Source: Opitutales bacterium (GTDB lineage: Bacteria; Verrucomicrobiota; Verrucomicrobiia; Opitutales; PNEW01). From it: a stretch of DNA of 64,000 nucleotides. The notes beneath the pieces are model-generated. The model did no database searches and was not told the DNA's origin. It saw only the letters and a list, made by a program, of their open reading frames with translations. Made by a program: the position numbers and the translations under genes. Each line of letters starts with the position of its first letter. The first letter of the stretch is position 1. Positions 19,385-28,595 of the stretch are shown in pieces. The stretch covers positions 1,280,001 through 1,344,000 of the forward strand of contig CBDANS010000006.1 of NCBI GenBank assembly GCA_965197745.1, given 5' to 3'.

Positions 19385-20596
19385 TCAGGGGTTCACACTT
19401 CCTTTAGTGATGCTCACCGTTAGGCGCGAGATGTCCTCCTCTGCTTCACCTTTCCAGCTCTTTTTGAATTTGTTTAAGAGCGACTTGGCGTTATTTCTAT
19501 TGCCGGAGCTAATGGCTTCTTCGATCGCGATGATCGCTTTCGCATATCGATCGCGCAGTGATGAGGCTTTTTCTTCAGCCATTAAGACGAAAACAATACC
19601 ATTTACCCGACTCTGCGAAGCTGCGGTAAATCCTGCTAACGCTTTATTAAATTGATTCCGTTTCTCGAAGGAGACGGCCCGATCGTATTCTTTTTGTGCA
19701 CTTGTCATCAGGGGCTTGTCGAGTTCGATAATTCCATCTTCAAACCACTCAGCAGGGGGTTGATGATGACCCATGCCCGGTACTTCGAAATAGGAGACAT
19801 GGCGAAAACGGTCTTCGACATACAGATCATAGACGGCCCGCATCTCTCCACGGTTGAAATCATTGGTTCCGGTGAGCATAACGAACCGGTTTTGCCGCGC
19901 TCGGAAAAGATGGGTTCCCGTGGGTTCTCTTTTGAATCCGGGCATATAAACTTCAGCTGCTACTTCAATGGGTCGGTAGGGATTGCAGCCAACGATATAT
20001 AATGCGCCCTTAAATAGATCGGAATTGAAAATAGCGACATGGCTGGCGACTCGGCCGCCACCTGACCTCCCGCTTATGTAAACTCTTTCAGTGTCAACGT
20101 TATAGTGCTTTTTAATTTGATTTACCGATTCAATGGCAAGGGCATGACGCCAGAGAGTGTTGATTTTTGGATATACATTATTCCCCGCATGGTTGGGGCC
20201 GACCCAGATTAAATTGTGCGCGTCAAATACAGGAATCCATTCCCGGGGAATTTCACCCGTATCACTGGAGTTGATATAGATGAAAACGCCATATGATTTT
20301 TCCGGTTGATAATGTGCAGGCACATATACAGACCAGGTAGTCCCATGAACAGATTTAAGTTTTTTTTCTGAATCGCCATTTTTTGATTTAGCAGGAATAG
20401 CGCCGTAGAATCCGAATACTTCATTAAATAATTTCCGGTCAATTCCATCACCCGTTAAGGTGAACAATCCTCGCTGAATCTCATCATCATTGCCCTCTAT
20501 TGGTGAGGCGTGTATTACTGTTATCGCAAATCCGCAAAGTGCCAGTAAGTGCCAGAGAATACATTTCCAACAGTGGCTTCGCTTCTGATATCTCAT
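19385..20596 (-). CDS. Secreted alpha/beta-hydrolase (PHB depolymerase/esterase-like) with a helical C-terminal extension
   Basis: VYVP..Y, RVYISGRSGGG (GxSxG), TGTND and GMGH triad candidates. ATG 20596 gives a signal-peptide-like N-terminus. Confidence 0.7.
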   Translation of the reverse strand: MRYQKRSHCWKCILWHLLALCGFAITVIHASPIEGNDDEIQRGLFTLTGDGIDRKLFNEVFGFYGAIPAKSKNGDSEKKLKSVHGTTWSVYVPAHYQPEKSYGVFIYINSSDTGEIPREWIPVFDAHNLIWVGPNHAGNNVYPKINTLWRHALAIESVNQIKKHYNVDTERVYISGRSGGGRVASHVAIFNSDLFKGALYIVGCNPYRPIEVAAEVYMPGFKREPTGTHLFRARQNRFVMLTGTNDFNRGEMRAVYDLYVEDRFRHVSYFEVPGMGHHQPPAEWFEDGIIELDKPLMTSAQKEYDRAVSFEKRNQFNKALAGFTAASQSRVNGIVFVLMAEEKASSLRDRYAKAIIAIEEAISSGNRNNAKSLLNKFKKSWKGEAEEDISRLTVSITKGSVNP

Positions 20597-20746
20597 TATA
20601 TTTATGTTCGTATCTCTAACTCGTTTGTTCAATGGAAGCTGCTTAAATAAATCGTAATCAGCAAATTTTGACACCCCGACAGACAAGTTATTAACATCAT
20701 GCGAATTAAGTAATTCATTTTGAACGTTTATTAATATAATCTGTCT

Positions 20747-20864
20747 AAAATTTTGAAGTCCAGTTGCTTAATGGACTTTAAAAGTGAGCGTTAAGTTCAT
20801 AGTTTGGTTTGTAGTTTGTTAAGCAGTGGGAGACGCCGCAGTTAAATCTGCGGCGTCTTTTTTT
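20747..20864 (+). ncRNA. Candidate small RNA
   Basis: TATAAT at 20735-20740, a 5' inverted repeat at about 20751-20783, a U-rich unpaired stretch and a strong intrinsic terminator with no + strand gene upstream. Confidence 0.45.
20831..20864 (+). terminator. Rho-independent terminator (orphan)
   Basis: AGACGCCGCAG-ttaaat-CTGCGGCGTCT, an 11-bp perfect stem followed by a T-tract. Confidence 0.85.
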
Positions 20865-20963
20865 ATCACTATTGTTATATATATTGAACCTTGCAATAAC
20901 ACATCACACATTCTCTGTTCGATTTTGACTTTAACCATAGCTTTACAGTGTTAACTTAATTCG

Positions 20964-21734
20964 ATGTCCAGTTTGCGTTGCTATTACCACCATTCAGGTG
21001 AGGAGAGTTTGAATCTAATAGAACTCGGTGCGACCGAAAGCCACCATCTTGTTAAAGTGCGTCGTGCCCGTATCGGCGATACCGTAACTGCATTCGATGG
21101 ACGGGGCAACGAGTGGGAATGCCTGCTTGAAGTAGACAGGGCTAAAGCGGTGGGCCTAAAAGTGTTTCGTCATCGTTTAATACCGCCGCCGCCCTATTCA
21201 ATTACTCTGGCCCAAGGTTTACCGAAGGGAAAGACAATGGATATTATTGTACAAAAAGCGGTCGAATTGGGAGCGAAACAGATTGTTCCGCTTTCAACCG
21301 GCTATAGCAATGTGCGAATGAATAAAGACCGCGCGGCGCAGAAAGTAGAAAAATGGCATACTATCGCTATTGAAGCCTGCAAGCAATCCGGCAATAGCTA
21401 TCTCTCGGAAATTCTAAACATTGATTCCCTAGGTTCCTACTGTGAATCACTTTCTCCGAAGACAATGAAATGCATTGCCAGTTTTTCCGCGCAAGCCGTG
21501 AGTTTTCGCCAGGCTATAAGCAATCTGGAATATGAAAAAGATTCAACCCACCGCTCAGCGATTATACTTATCGGTCCAGAGGGTGATTTCACTCCGGCAG
21601 AACACGATCTCGCTTGTAAAAATGGCTTTATTCCCATTACTTTAGGGGAACGTGTGCTGCGGTCAGATACAGCCGCCATTGTTGCTCTTGCCCTTCTCGC
21701 CTATGAATTGCGCGAAGTAAAATTCAGCAAATGA
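20964..21734 (+). CDS. rsmE: 16S rRNA m3U1498 methyltransferase
   Basis: HHLVKVRR, QKAVELG, EACKQS, IGPEGDF, LGERVLRSDTA. Confidence 0.93.
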   Translation: MSSLRCYYHHSGEESLNLIELGATESHHLVKVRRARIGDTVTAFDGRGNEWECLLEVDRAKAVGLKVFRHRLIPPPPYSITLAQGLPKGKTMDIIVQKAVELGAKQIVPLSTGYSNVRMNKDRAAQKVEKWHTIAIEACKQSGNSYLSEILNIDSLGSYCESLSPKTMKCIASFSAQAVSFRQAISNLEYEKDSTHRSAIILIGPEGDFTPAEHDLACKNGFIPITLGERVLRSDTAAIVALALLAYELREVKFSK

Positions 21735-21770
21735 CTATACCGTAAATTAAAACGAAAAAAGGATACGACG

Positions 21771-22187
21771 ATGAAAGATGAAAAGCGACTCCCCCTTGTG
21801 ATGCTCATTCTTCGATTAAGTGTGTTTCTCGTCATGTTAGTGTGGACCCTGGATAAATTTATCAATCCCGAACACGCCACGAAGGTTTATGAACATTTTT
21901 ATTTTATTGGCGGCCTTGGAAGTAGAGCAATCACCATAATCGGCATCATTGAAATAGTAATCCTCCTGGGGTTTTTATTGGGATTTCAGAAACGCTACAC
22001 CTACGGTGCCGTATTCCTCTTTCATGCCATATCCACGCTCTCGAGCTATAAACAATATATGGATCCCTTTGACCATCTTCTCTTTTTCGCGGCCTGGCCC
22101 ATGCTTGCCGCCTGCTTCGCCTTGTATATCCTGCGCGATGAGGATACTCTCTGGGTAGTTGGAAAAAAAGCGGCAGAACCCACTTAA
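21771..22187 (+). CDS. DoxX-like membrane protein
   Basis: Four hydrophobic segments, LRLSV..WTLDKF, LLFFAAWPML. Confidence 0.7.
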   Translation: MKDEKRLPLVMLILRLSVFLVMLVWTLDKFINPEHATKVYEHFYFIGGLGSRAITIIGIIEIVILLGFLLGFQKRYTYGAVFLFHAISTLSSYKQYMDPFDHLLFFAAWPMLAACFALYILRDEDTLWVVGKKAAEPT

Positions 22188-22217
22188 TAGAGGCGTTCTC
22201 AAAAAGTGAGTCGCTAT

Positions 22218-22961
22218 TTATAATTCATATACGGCCAACACGGGCCAGTGATCCGAAGGAGCAAAATCTTCGAAAAAGAATTGAGGCACCGTCGCCGATA
22301 ATGGTCGAGCATAGGAATTAGCCATTATCCAGTCAATTGCCTGGTTCATATTCAAGTAATTTGCCGTGGGATTGCAGGGATAGGTGGGGGGAGAAATCAT
22401 ATTCAATGCTTTGAAACAACTTTCATAACCGGCTTCGCCCATCAAGCGCGCCGGTATGACCGGATCATTAAGATCACCCATAAAGAAGGCCGGTTCATTA
22501 TTTTTTACCAGGCGTTGAAGTTCCTCCAGTGTCCTTCGAGCCTGACTCAGCCGGGGAGAAATTCCTGTTTCCATTTCTTTTTCATGACCCTGGTAAGTAT
22601 AATGAGCGGTGCTGACAAAAATTGTTTTGTCCCCACCCTTTAATTTCAGTCGTGCCCAGAACATGCGGCGGTGCTCCTCGAGCATGCCGATAGCTTCTGC
22701 TCCATGCTCAATCTCTTCAAGGAGATCGCATTTCCAGTAAATGTTACCTTCACAGGTCCAGCCGGGTAAATCGTCATGAACGCGCTGATGCTGTGGCAAT
22801 ACCTTATCGATAAATAACTGTGTCTCTTCGCGCAGTTCCTGAATACAAAGTATATCGGGGGTGAAAAGATCGAGAAACCTGTTCAAGGCCTGTGCGCGCT
22901 GGGGCCAGCGCTCGATATTCCATAAATTATAAGTTATTATAGATAGCCGAAGAGGATGCAT
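22218..22961 (-). CDS. Endonuclease/exonuclease/phosphatase family protein
   Basis: TYNL, PDILCIQE, MGDLN, IDWI, SDHWPV. Confidence 0.88.
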   Translation of the reverse strand: MHPLRLSIITYNLWNIERWPQRAQALNRFLDLFTPDILCIQELREETQLFIDKVLPQHQRVHDDLPGWTCEGNIYWKCDLLEEIEHGAEAIGMLEEHRRMFWARLKLKGGDKTIFVSTAHYTYQGHEKEMETGISPRLSQARRTLEELQRLVKNNEPAFFMGDLNDPVIPARLMGEAGYESCFKALNMISPPTYPCNPTANYLNMNQAIDWIMANSYARPLSATVPQFFFEDFAPSDHWPVLAVYEL

Positions 22962-23061
22962 AATTTAATTCAACTCGAATGAGGCTTATATAAATGCAGT
23001 AAATGCGATAACGATACTAATCGCGGTAATCGCGAAGAGACGGCGTAAACGGCTGTTTTTA

Positions 23062-23922
23062 TTAACCTAATTTTCCTTTATTCTCGTACACTCCGGAGTG
23101 TTGATAATCATAAATGGTGGTCGGTTCGTTTTCAATACGGGTAAGCCAGTAACGAGAATCAAAATGACGATTATCGGTTAGAAAACGCCAGAGCTTTATG
23201 CGCAATACCTGTTCTATTCGTGCTTCCACTCCCATCCAGGGATGTGATTTCATGAGAACATTCTCAATTTCAGGATCGTTTATATCGTCAGTGTTCCAGA
23301 GATTGATCTGGCGAATGGTGGGGTTAAGGCGCAGCTTGAACATGAAGCGCAATTTGCGCGAGCGGTTCGGTTGTGCGCAATGCCAGATATTGTGGTGAGT
23401 GACGAAGAGGGTACCGGCTTTGCATACAATAGGGAGTTGGCCAACAATATTTTGATAGCGACTGATTTCTGACTCCTGGACCTTGCGGAAATGACTTCCG
23501 GGAAGGATTAATGTGCCCCCCATCTCACGCGGTGTATCCTGGGGAAAAAAGAAAAGCTGAATATCAAAGTGTTCAGTTCGCGTATCGATAATGGAATCAG
23601 CATGCCAGTTTTGTGGTTCAAGTTTACCCGGTTCCACGCGATGTGGGAAATGATGATCGTAACGAGGATTCGGTCCAACCAGGCTCTGAATAATACCCTC
23701 AACCTTAGGAAGCCGAAATATTTTCCCGATCACACTTTTCGGCCATATCTCACTGAACGGCTTCCCGTTGGTAAGCCACCATTTATGATTGGGATTTTCT
23801 TTTAACTCTTTAAACGCTTCATCGCAGAGCTTTTTCGGAATGATTTTATCAAAACGAAGATAACCCTCGTTGACAAAGGAGGCCATTTGTATGCTTGTCA
23901 GTAAATACTTTTTATTAACCAT
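23062..23922 (-). CDS. PhyH-family Fe(II)/2OG dioxygenase
   Basis: FVNEGY, WHAD, GGTLILPGSH, HHNIWH, LRFM. Confidence 0.85.
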   Translation of the reverse strand: MVNKKYLLTSIQMASFVNEGYLRFDKIIPKKLCDEAFKELKENPNHKWWLTNGKPFSEIWPKSVIGKIFRLPKVEGIIQSLVGPNPRYDHHFPHRVEPGKLEPQNWHADSIIDTRTEHFDIQLFFFPQDTPREMGGTLILPGSHFRKVQESEISRYQNIVGQLPIVCKAGTLFVTHHNIWHCAQPNRSRKLRFMFKLRLNPTIRQINLWNTDDINDPEIENVLMKSHPWMGVEARIEQVLRIKLWRFLTDNRHFDSRYWLTRIENEPTTIYDYQHSGVYENKGKLG

Positions 23923-24217
23923 TGATTGATTCCATTTTTTCCAGAACGTGCTCGAATTTTAAGTAAGCGGTTGAGTATTCTGCTCCTCGTTGAAATGATT
24001 GCAGCGGTGATATTTGGATAACGCGCCACCCATCCTTCATCGCGTCAAAGACCGATTCATAGGGAGGCACATCACTATCGCCGGTGATCATCTTTTTCTT
24101 TTCTGTTGCGTCATAAAATGACCAGGCGACGATCTTACTGTCCAGTGCCGAACCGCCCGAATAGAGGATAAGAATCTTTTGTTTGAGAGAGGAAACGGGC
24201 GTTTTATTTTTACTCAT
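23915..24217 (-). CDS. Hypothetical protein (100 aa), translationally coupled to the PhyH gene
   Basis: Clean ORF overlapping the downstream ATG by 8 nt. Confidence 0.7.
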   Translation of the reverse strand: MSKNKTPVSSLKQKILILYSGGSALDSKIVAWSFYDATEKKKMITGDSDVPPYESVFDAMKDGWRVIQISPLQSFQRGAEYSTAYLKFEHVLEKMESING

Positions 24218-24332
24218 GTGGGGTGTGGCACTACCGGACTTATAGACAATTACAGTGTCATCGGCTTCGATAATTCTTAGTCACAGATAAATAAATGTAA
24301 TTGTGATTTAATCAACACTGATCTATCGAAAT

Positions 24333-26620
24333 CTAATTATTATCCCACTGGGCTCTGGTCCCCCGGAAGTAGAGAAAGGTTTGCCTGACCGGAAGATCGA
24401 CAGCAGCTTCCCTTACATCCCGTGCTATCTCAATATCACGGTAAACGTCATAAAGGCTTGTCTCCTGCGGAAATTTAAGTGTTCGCTTACCGGCAGTTGC
24501 CGTGTGCAGGGCAATGAATGAATTATTGGCGTAAAGCACATCATCACGAAAGTTATAAATATGCACTCCTGCTGTGGTCGCCATTCCCCGGAGAACGGCT
24601 GAAGTTAACTGAGGAGCCGCGGAATAATATACCTGCAAGCCTGCAAGCCATCGATATTTTTAGTGATTAAACCTGGCAGATCATGACCGTACAATCTACC
24701 CAGCACCACCGTCGAGGGGTCGTCACCATAAAAGATCGGGCCTACCAGGTTTCGTGCTCCTCCTTCCTGTATTCCATAAATACCATTTTCTTCAACTCCG
24801 GGTAAATGAGCGGCTCCTTTATCATTAATGACAACCTGAAGTTGACTTTCCCCTTCAAGCGTGGCGAGGCGAAGTCCAGTCAATGCGTAAGACCCCTCAA
24901 GATCTAATCTTTCTCCTACATAACCCGGTGCATAAATCCACAGCAATGCCTTGGCGCCCCTGTCAGGGAGTCTGCTAATCATCTCTTTTTGTATTGGAGA
25001 AACGTGGAAAGCGTTGAGAAAGATATAAAATTTATAAGGGCGGGCGAGTTCGAGATCATCCAGTAAAATGGTGTCAATGGGCGCGCCGATTTTTCCCAAC
25101 GGAAGCATCTGGTAGTAAAGGAGGGGGATGGAGAGACGTTTGTCACTACGCATCATCAAATTGCTGTACTCATCGACGACCACCGCGATTTCCGCCGATG
25201 AGCGACGGTCGAATTCAATGCTCCATTCCGCGATAGTGTTAAGTTTTTTAATTAATTCGAGCATCTCTGGCGAATCATACCAACCGCCGCCCATATCAAA
25301 CCACCAGGCCCCCGTCGCGTGGGTTAATTCATTGCTGAGTTGGCGTAATTGGGTGGCTTCTGTTTCCTTAAAATTGGTGGTTCGACCATAGCCCGCATCC
25401 TGTGATACGAGGTGTGTCCGGTAATCATTCTCATCCATCCACAATTTACTGTGGAGCTGAATGGATTCCTGCGGTGACATAAAAACGCTGTAACCGGTGC
25501 CCACTTCGCGGAATTCATATTGAGTTGGTGATGATAGAAAATCGATATAAGGTGACTTTAATAATTCACCCAGGGCAAAGTGTCCCTGTTCCTGGTAAGA
25601 ATCTAATATACGTTGGTACTGTCCACGGGAGTGAAGGGTATAGCCGTAAAAACTTCCCACCAGGCTCTCATAATTACAGGCTTCCTTTGCGGCCGCCGCT
25701 AAATAATTAATCATATCCTGAACAATCCATGAGTGAAATTGCATATAATCGATGACAGGCATACTTTTTTTTGGGTCACGGAACATAAAATAATCGCCAT
25801 TCTCCCGTTCTGCCTGCGTTGGAATGGTCACATTTTTTAATTCAATATCGGGATCATTCCATGCCTTGCGAAAAGCATTTTGCGTTCTGTATTTATCTCG
25901 CAACCAGAATTTAAATGCATTTAATTGAGGTCTGCTGAAATCGGCGACGGGACCTTGTTCAAAATTCCAATACAGCCACTCTTCCGTGCTCCCCGATGCA
26001 AGCTGATAGCCGATGACATTTTTGGCATAAGGTTGAGCTCTTATGTGCTCGATGAAGCGCCGCAAATTTTCAGCAGCATCTTCGCGCCATTTTCTCGAAG
26101 CAAAGGAAGGAACGCTTTTTTTTTGAGAGTCGTGGGGTGAGGGAACGAATTTGGGATCCATGATTCCACCCTCAAAAACCATGAGTTCGCTTTTATACAT
26201 TTCATCCCACCAGGATGGTGAGCAAATATAAATGCGCGTGAATATTTTAGCCTCCGGGTTGGCTTCAACTACTGTTTTAAATCTTCGATCCACCTCCGAG
26301 TAGTCATAGGTGTTGGGCCCTGTCCAGGTATCTGGCATTCTAAAATAAAATGAAGCATCACTGGTGGTGCTGAACGAAGTAAGGTCTACACCGATTTCAC
26401 CGAACTGCCGGAAATGATCCGGCTTAAAATTATAAGTCATATAACAAAAGCCAGTGTTGGGTTCACCGTCTATAAATAATGCTGTGGTTCCTTTATAGAG
26501 CATGATTTCAGACATAGGATGAGACTGCGCGTTCGTCACGCAGGAAGTAGAAAGAATCACCGCTACGGTGATTAGTGACGCAGTATTTATGAGATGTTTT
26601 AAAACAGAATCTAAAGTCAT
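24333..26620 (-). pseudogene. Secreted glycoside hydrolase (GH42/beta-galactosidase-like TIM barrel) frameshifted near its 3' end
   Basis: ORFs 24605..26620 and 24333..24638 join into one 759-aa frame if one copy of CCTGCAAG (24632-24647) is removed. Signal peptide; GYQLASGSTEEW and WMDENDYRT are candidate catalytic Glu motifs. Family assignment is tentative. Confidence 0.75.
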
Positions 26621-26830
26621 TGGGGGAAGTATACCCTGGCTGCCATGAATAAAAGCGCAGGTCTTTTTTATTATAAGTTCATTTCATAGACCTGTAAATA
26701 GAGGACGATTATTTAACCCTCAATTTCAACGTTCGTGACAAGGAGGAAATATTAATATCGAGAACAATTTTATACCACCCGATAATAGAATCACCGCAAA
26801 TAGCTCACTTAGATTAGAGAAGACCCGGGG

Positions 26831-27589
26831 TTATTTATTATCCTGGTTTTCGGCAAAGAGAAACGGCATTTCCATTTCGACATAGATGAGCTTCCCATCT
26901 AATTCGACGGGTTCAAATTCCAATTTTAATGAGGCGACAAGCGCATTGGGCCCAAATTTTTCATGATCTGTGGAGACGATTTCCGGGTTGATCACGATTC
27001 CCTCTTTATCGATAACAAATTTCACGGTGGCTTCACCTTCGACACCACTACCTTTAAGTTCTGTGGGATATACCGGAAATACCATATTCTTTTGAGCAGG
27101 GGAATTTTTCAGTTTGCCTGCTTTGTATATTTTACCCTTCACTTTGGCAAAAACTTCCCGTCCCATCTTACTATTTAACTGTTCTTCTAAAGTGAGCGTA
27201 AAACTAAAAGGCAGCTGAACTTGCTTTGAAATGGGTTCACCATTTTTGCGTGCCGGGATAAATTGCCATTGTCTGATCGCATTCATGGAAGCCGTTCCAA
27301 AAGCTTCATGGGTTGCTGAAACAATCTCGGGATCAATAACTTTACCCTGCTTGTTGATCGTAAATTTTACCACCGCTTTTCCGGTGATGCCATCGTTGCG
27401 TAGCTCCTCGGGATACTCAGGTTTAAAGGTACGCGTTGGTTTCGGATTAGAGTTGCGGGTATCATCTTTACGATAAGAGCCATAAGCACCATAAGCGGGT
27501 GCGCCGCCAGTTAAATTTAATATAATCAGAATGATGAAGAGAATAGCTGTAAGGTTTGCGTGACGGTGAAATGGAAAATCAAATTTCAT
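26831..27589 (-). CDS. TonB-family energy transducer with two TonB C-terminal domains
   Basis: N-terminal TM/signal; PEYP..GITGKAVVKFTINKQGKV..WQFIPA, repeated as PVYP..GVEGEATVKFVIDKEG..FEP. Confidence 0.85.
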   Translation of the reverse strand: MKFDFPFHRHANLTAILFIILIILNLTGGAPAYGAYGSYRKDDTRNSNPKPTRTFKPEYPEELRNDGITGKAVVKFTINKQGKVIDPEIVSATHEAFGTASMNAIRQWQFIPARKNGEPISKQVQLPFSFTLTLEEQLNSKMGREVFAKVKGKIYKAGKLKNSPAQKNMVFPVYPTELKGSGVEGEATVKFVIDKEGIVINPEIVSTDHEKFGPNALVASLKLEFEPVELDGKLIYVEMEMPFLFAENQDNK

Positions 27590-27819
27590 ATGGATTTGTT
27601 AGTTGAATCTATTGCGTGTTTAAGTGAAATGTCTGAAGGCGGTAAATTACAATAGGCGATTGAGCACATACAAGAATTAAATAACATATCCAGTCGACGA
27701 TTGAATAATACTCATCTATTCAGGTTAATATTATCTTCAGAAGATCCCGCAAGGCAGATCTTAATCACGGCAACTAATTATGTTTGCCAGAGTGATCCTT
27801 TTATCACTTCAATTTTTGT

Positions 27820-28590
27820 ATGAGTGTAATTGATCAATTCAGACTGGAGGGTAAAGTCGCTTTAATATCCGGCGGGAATAGGGGTTTAGGATATGAAATG
27901 GCAAAAGCTTTGGGTGAGGCAGGAGCGTCACTCGCTATCGCCGCCCGCGATTCTCACCGCAATAAAGAAGCGACAGAAAAACTGCGGGAGATTCAAGGAG
28001 TCAAATGCGTGGGTTTAACTTGCGATGTTACCGATGAAAAACAGGTATCCGATACGGTGAGAAATACAGTCGATGAATATGGCAGAATAGATATATTAAT
28101 TAACAGCGCGGGTATTAATATTCGAGGATTTATTGAGAATCTGGACCTTGGTGAATTTCAGCAGGTGCAGGAAGTGAATGTCACCGGGACCTGGTTGATG
28201 TGTCGAGCCGCCGCTCCCATCATGAAAAAAAATAATTATGGACGGGTAATCAATATCGGTTCCACTTTATCGATTGTTGCCTTCCCTCAAAGAACACCCT
28301 ACGCCACGAGTAAAGGAGCCGTGCTCAATCTCACGCGAGCGTTAGCCATGGAATGGGCAACCAGCGGGATCACCGTGAATGCCGTTCTCCCTGGGGCCTT
28401 TACCACCGAGATGAATACCGCACTCCTTAATGATCCGGAAAAATATAAAGCGTCTTTATCCAAAATACCCATGGGAAGATGGGGTGAATTACATGAGATT
28501 GGCGGTATTGCTCTCTTCCTTGCCAGCGATGCCGCCAGTTATGTTACCGGTGCCAGCTTTGTCGTAGATGGGGGGTGGACGGCACATTAG
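27820..28590 (+). CDS. Classical SDR oxidoreductase (gluconate 5-dehydrogenase/KduD-like)
   Basis: SGGNRGLG, INSAG, YATSKG (YxxxK), PMGRWG, VDGGW. Confidence 0.9.
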   Translation: MSVIDQFRLEGKVALISGGNRGLGYEMAKALGEAGASLAIAARDSHRNKEATEKLREIQGVKCVGLTCDVTDEKQVSDTVRNTVDEYGRIDILINSAGINIRGFIENLDLGEFQQVQEVNVTGTWLMCRAAAPIMKKNNYGRVINIGSTLSIVAFPQRTPYATSKGAVLNLTRALAMEWATSGITVNAVLPGAFTTEMNTALLNDPEKYKASLSKIPMGRWGELHEIGGIALFLASDAASYVTGASFVVDGGWTAH

Positions 28591-28595
28591 GTGAA

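Noticed and set aside
20768..20800. Minus-strand mini-ORF MNLTLTFKVH
   Set aside because: Only 10 codons, and the terminator polarity favours a + strand RNA.
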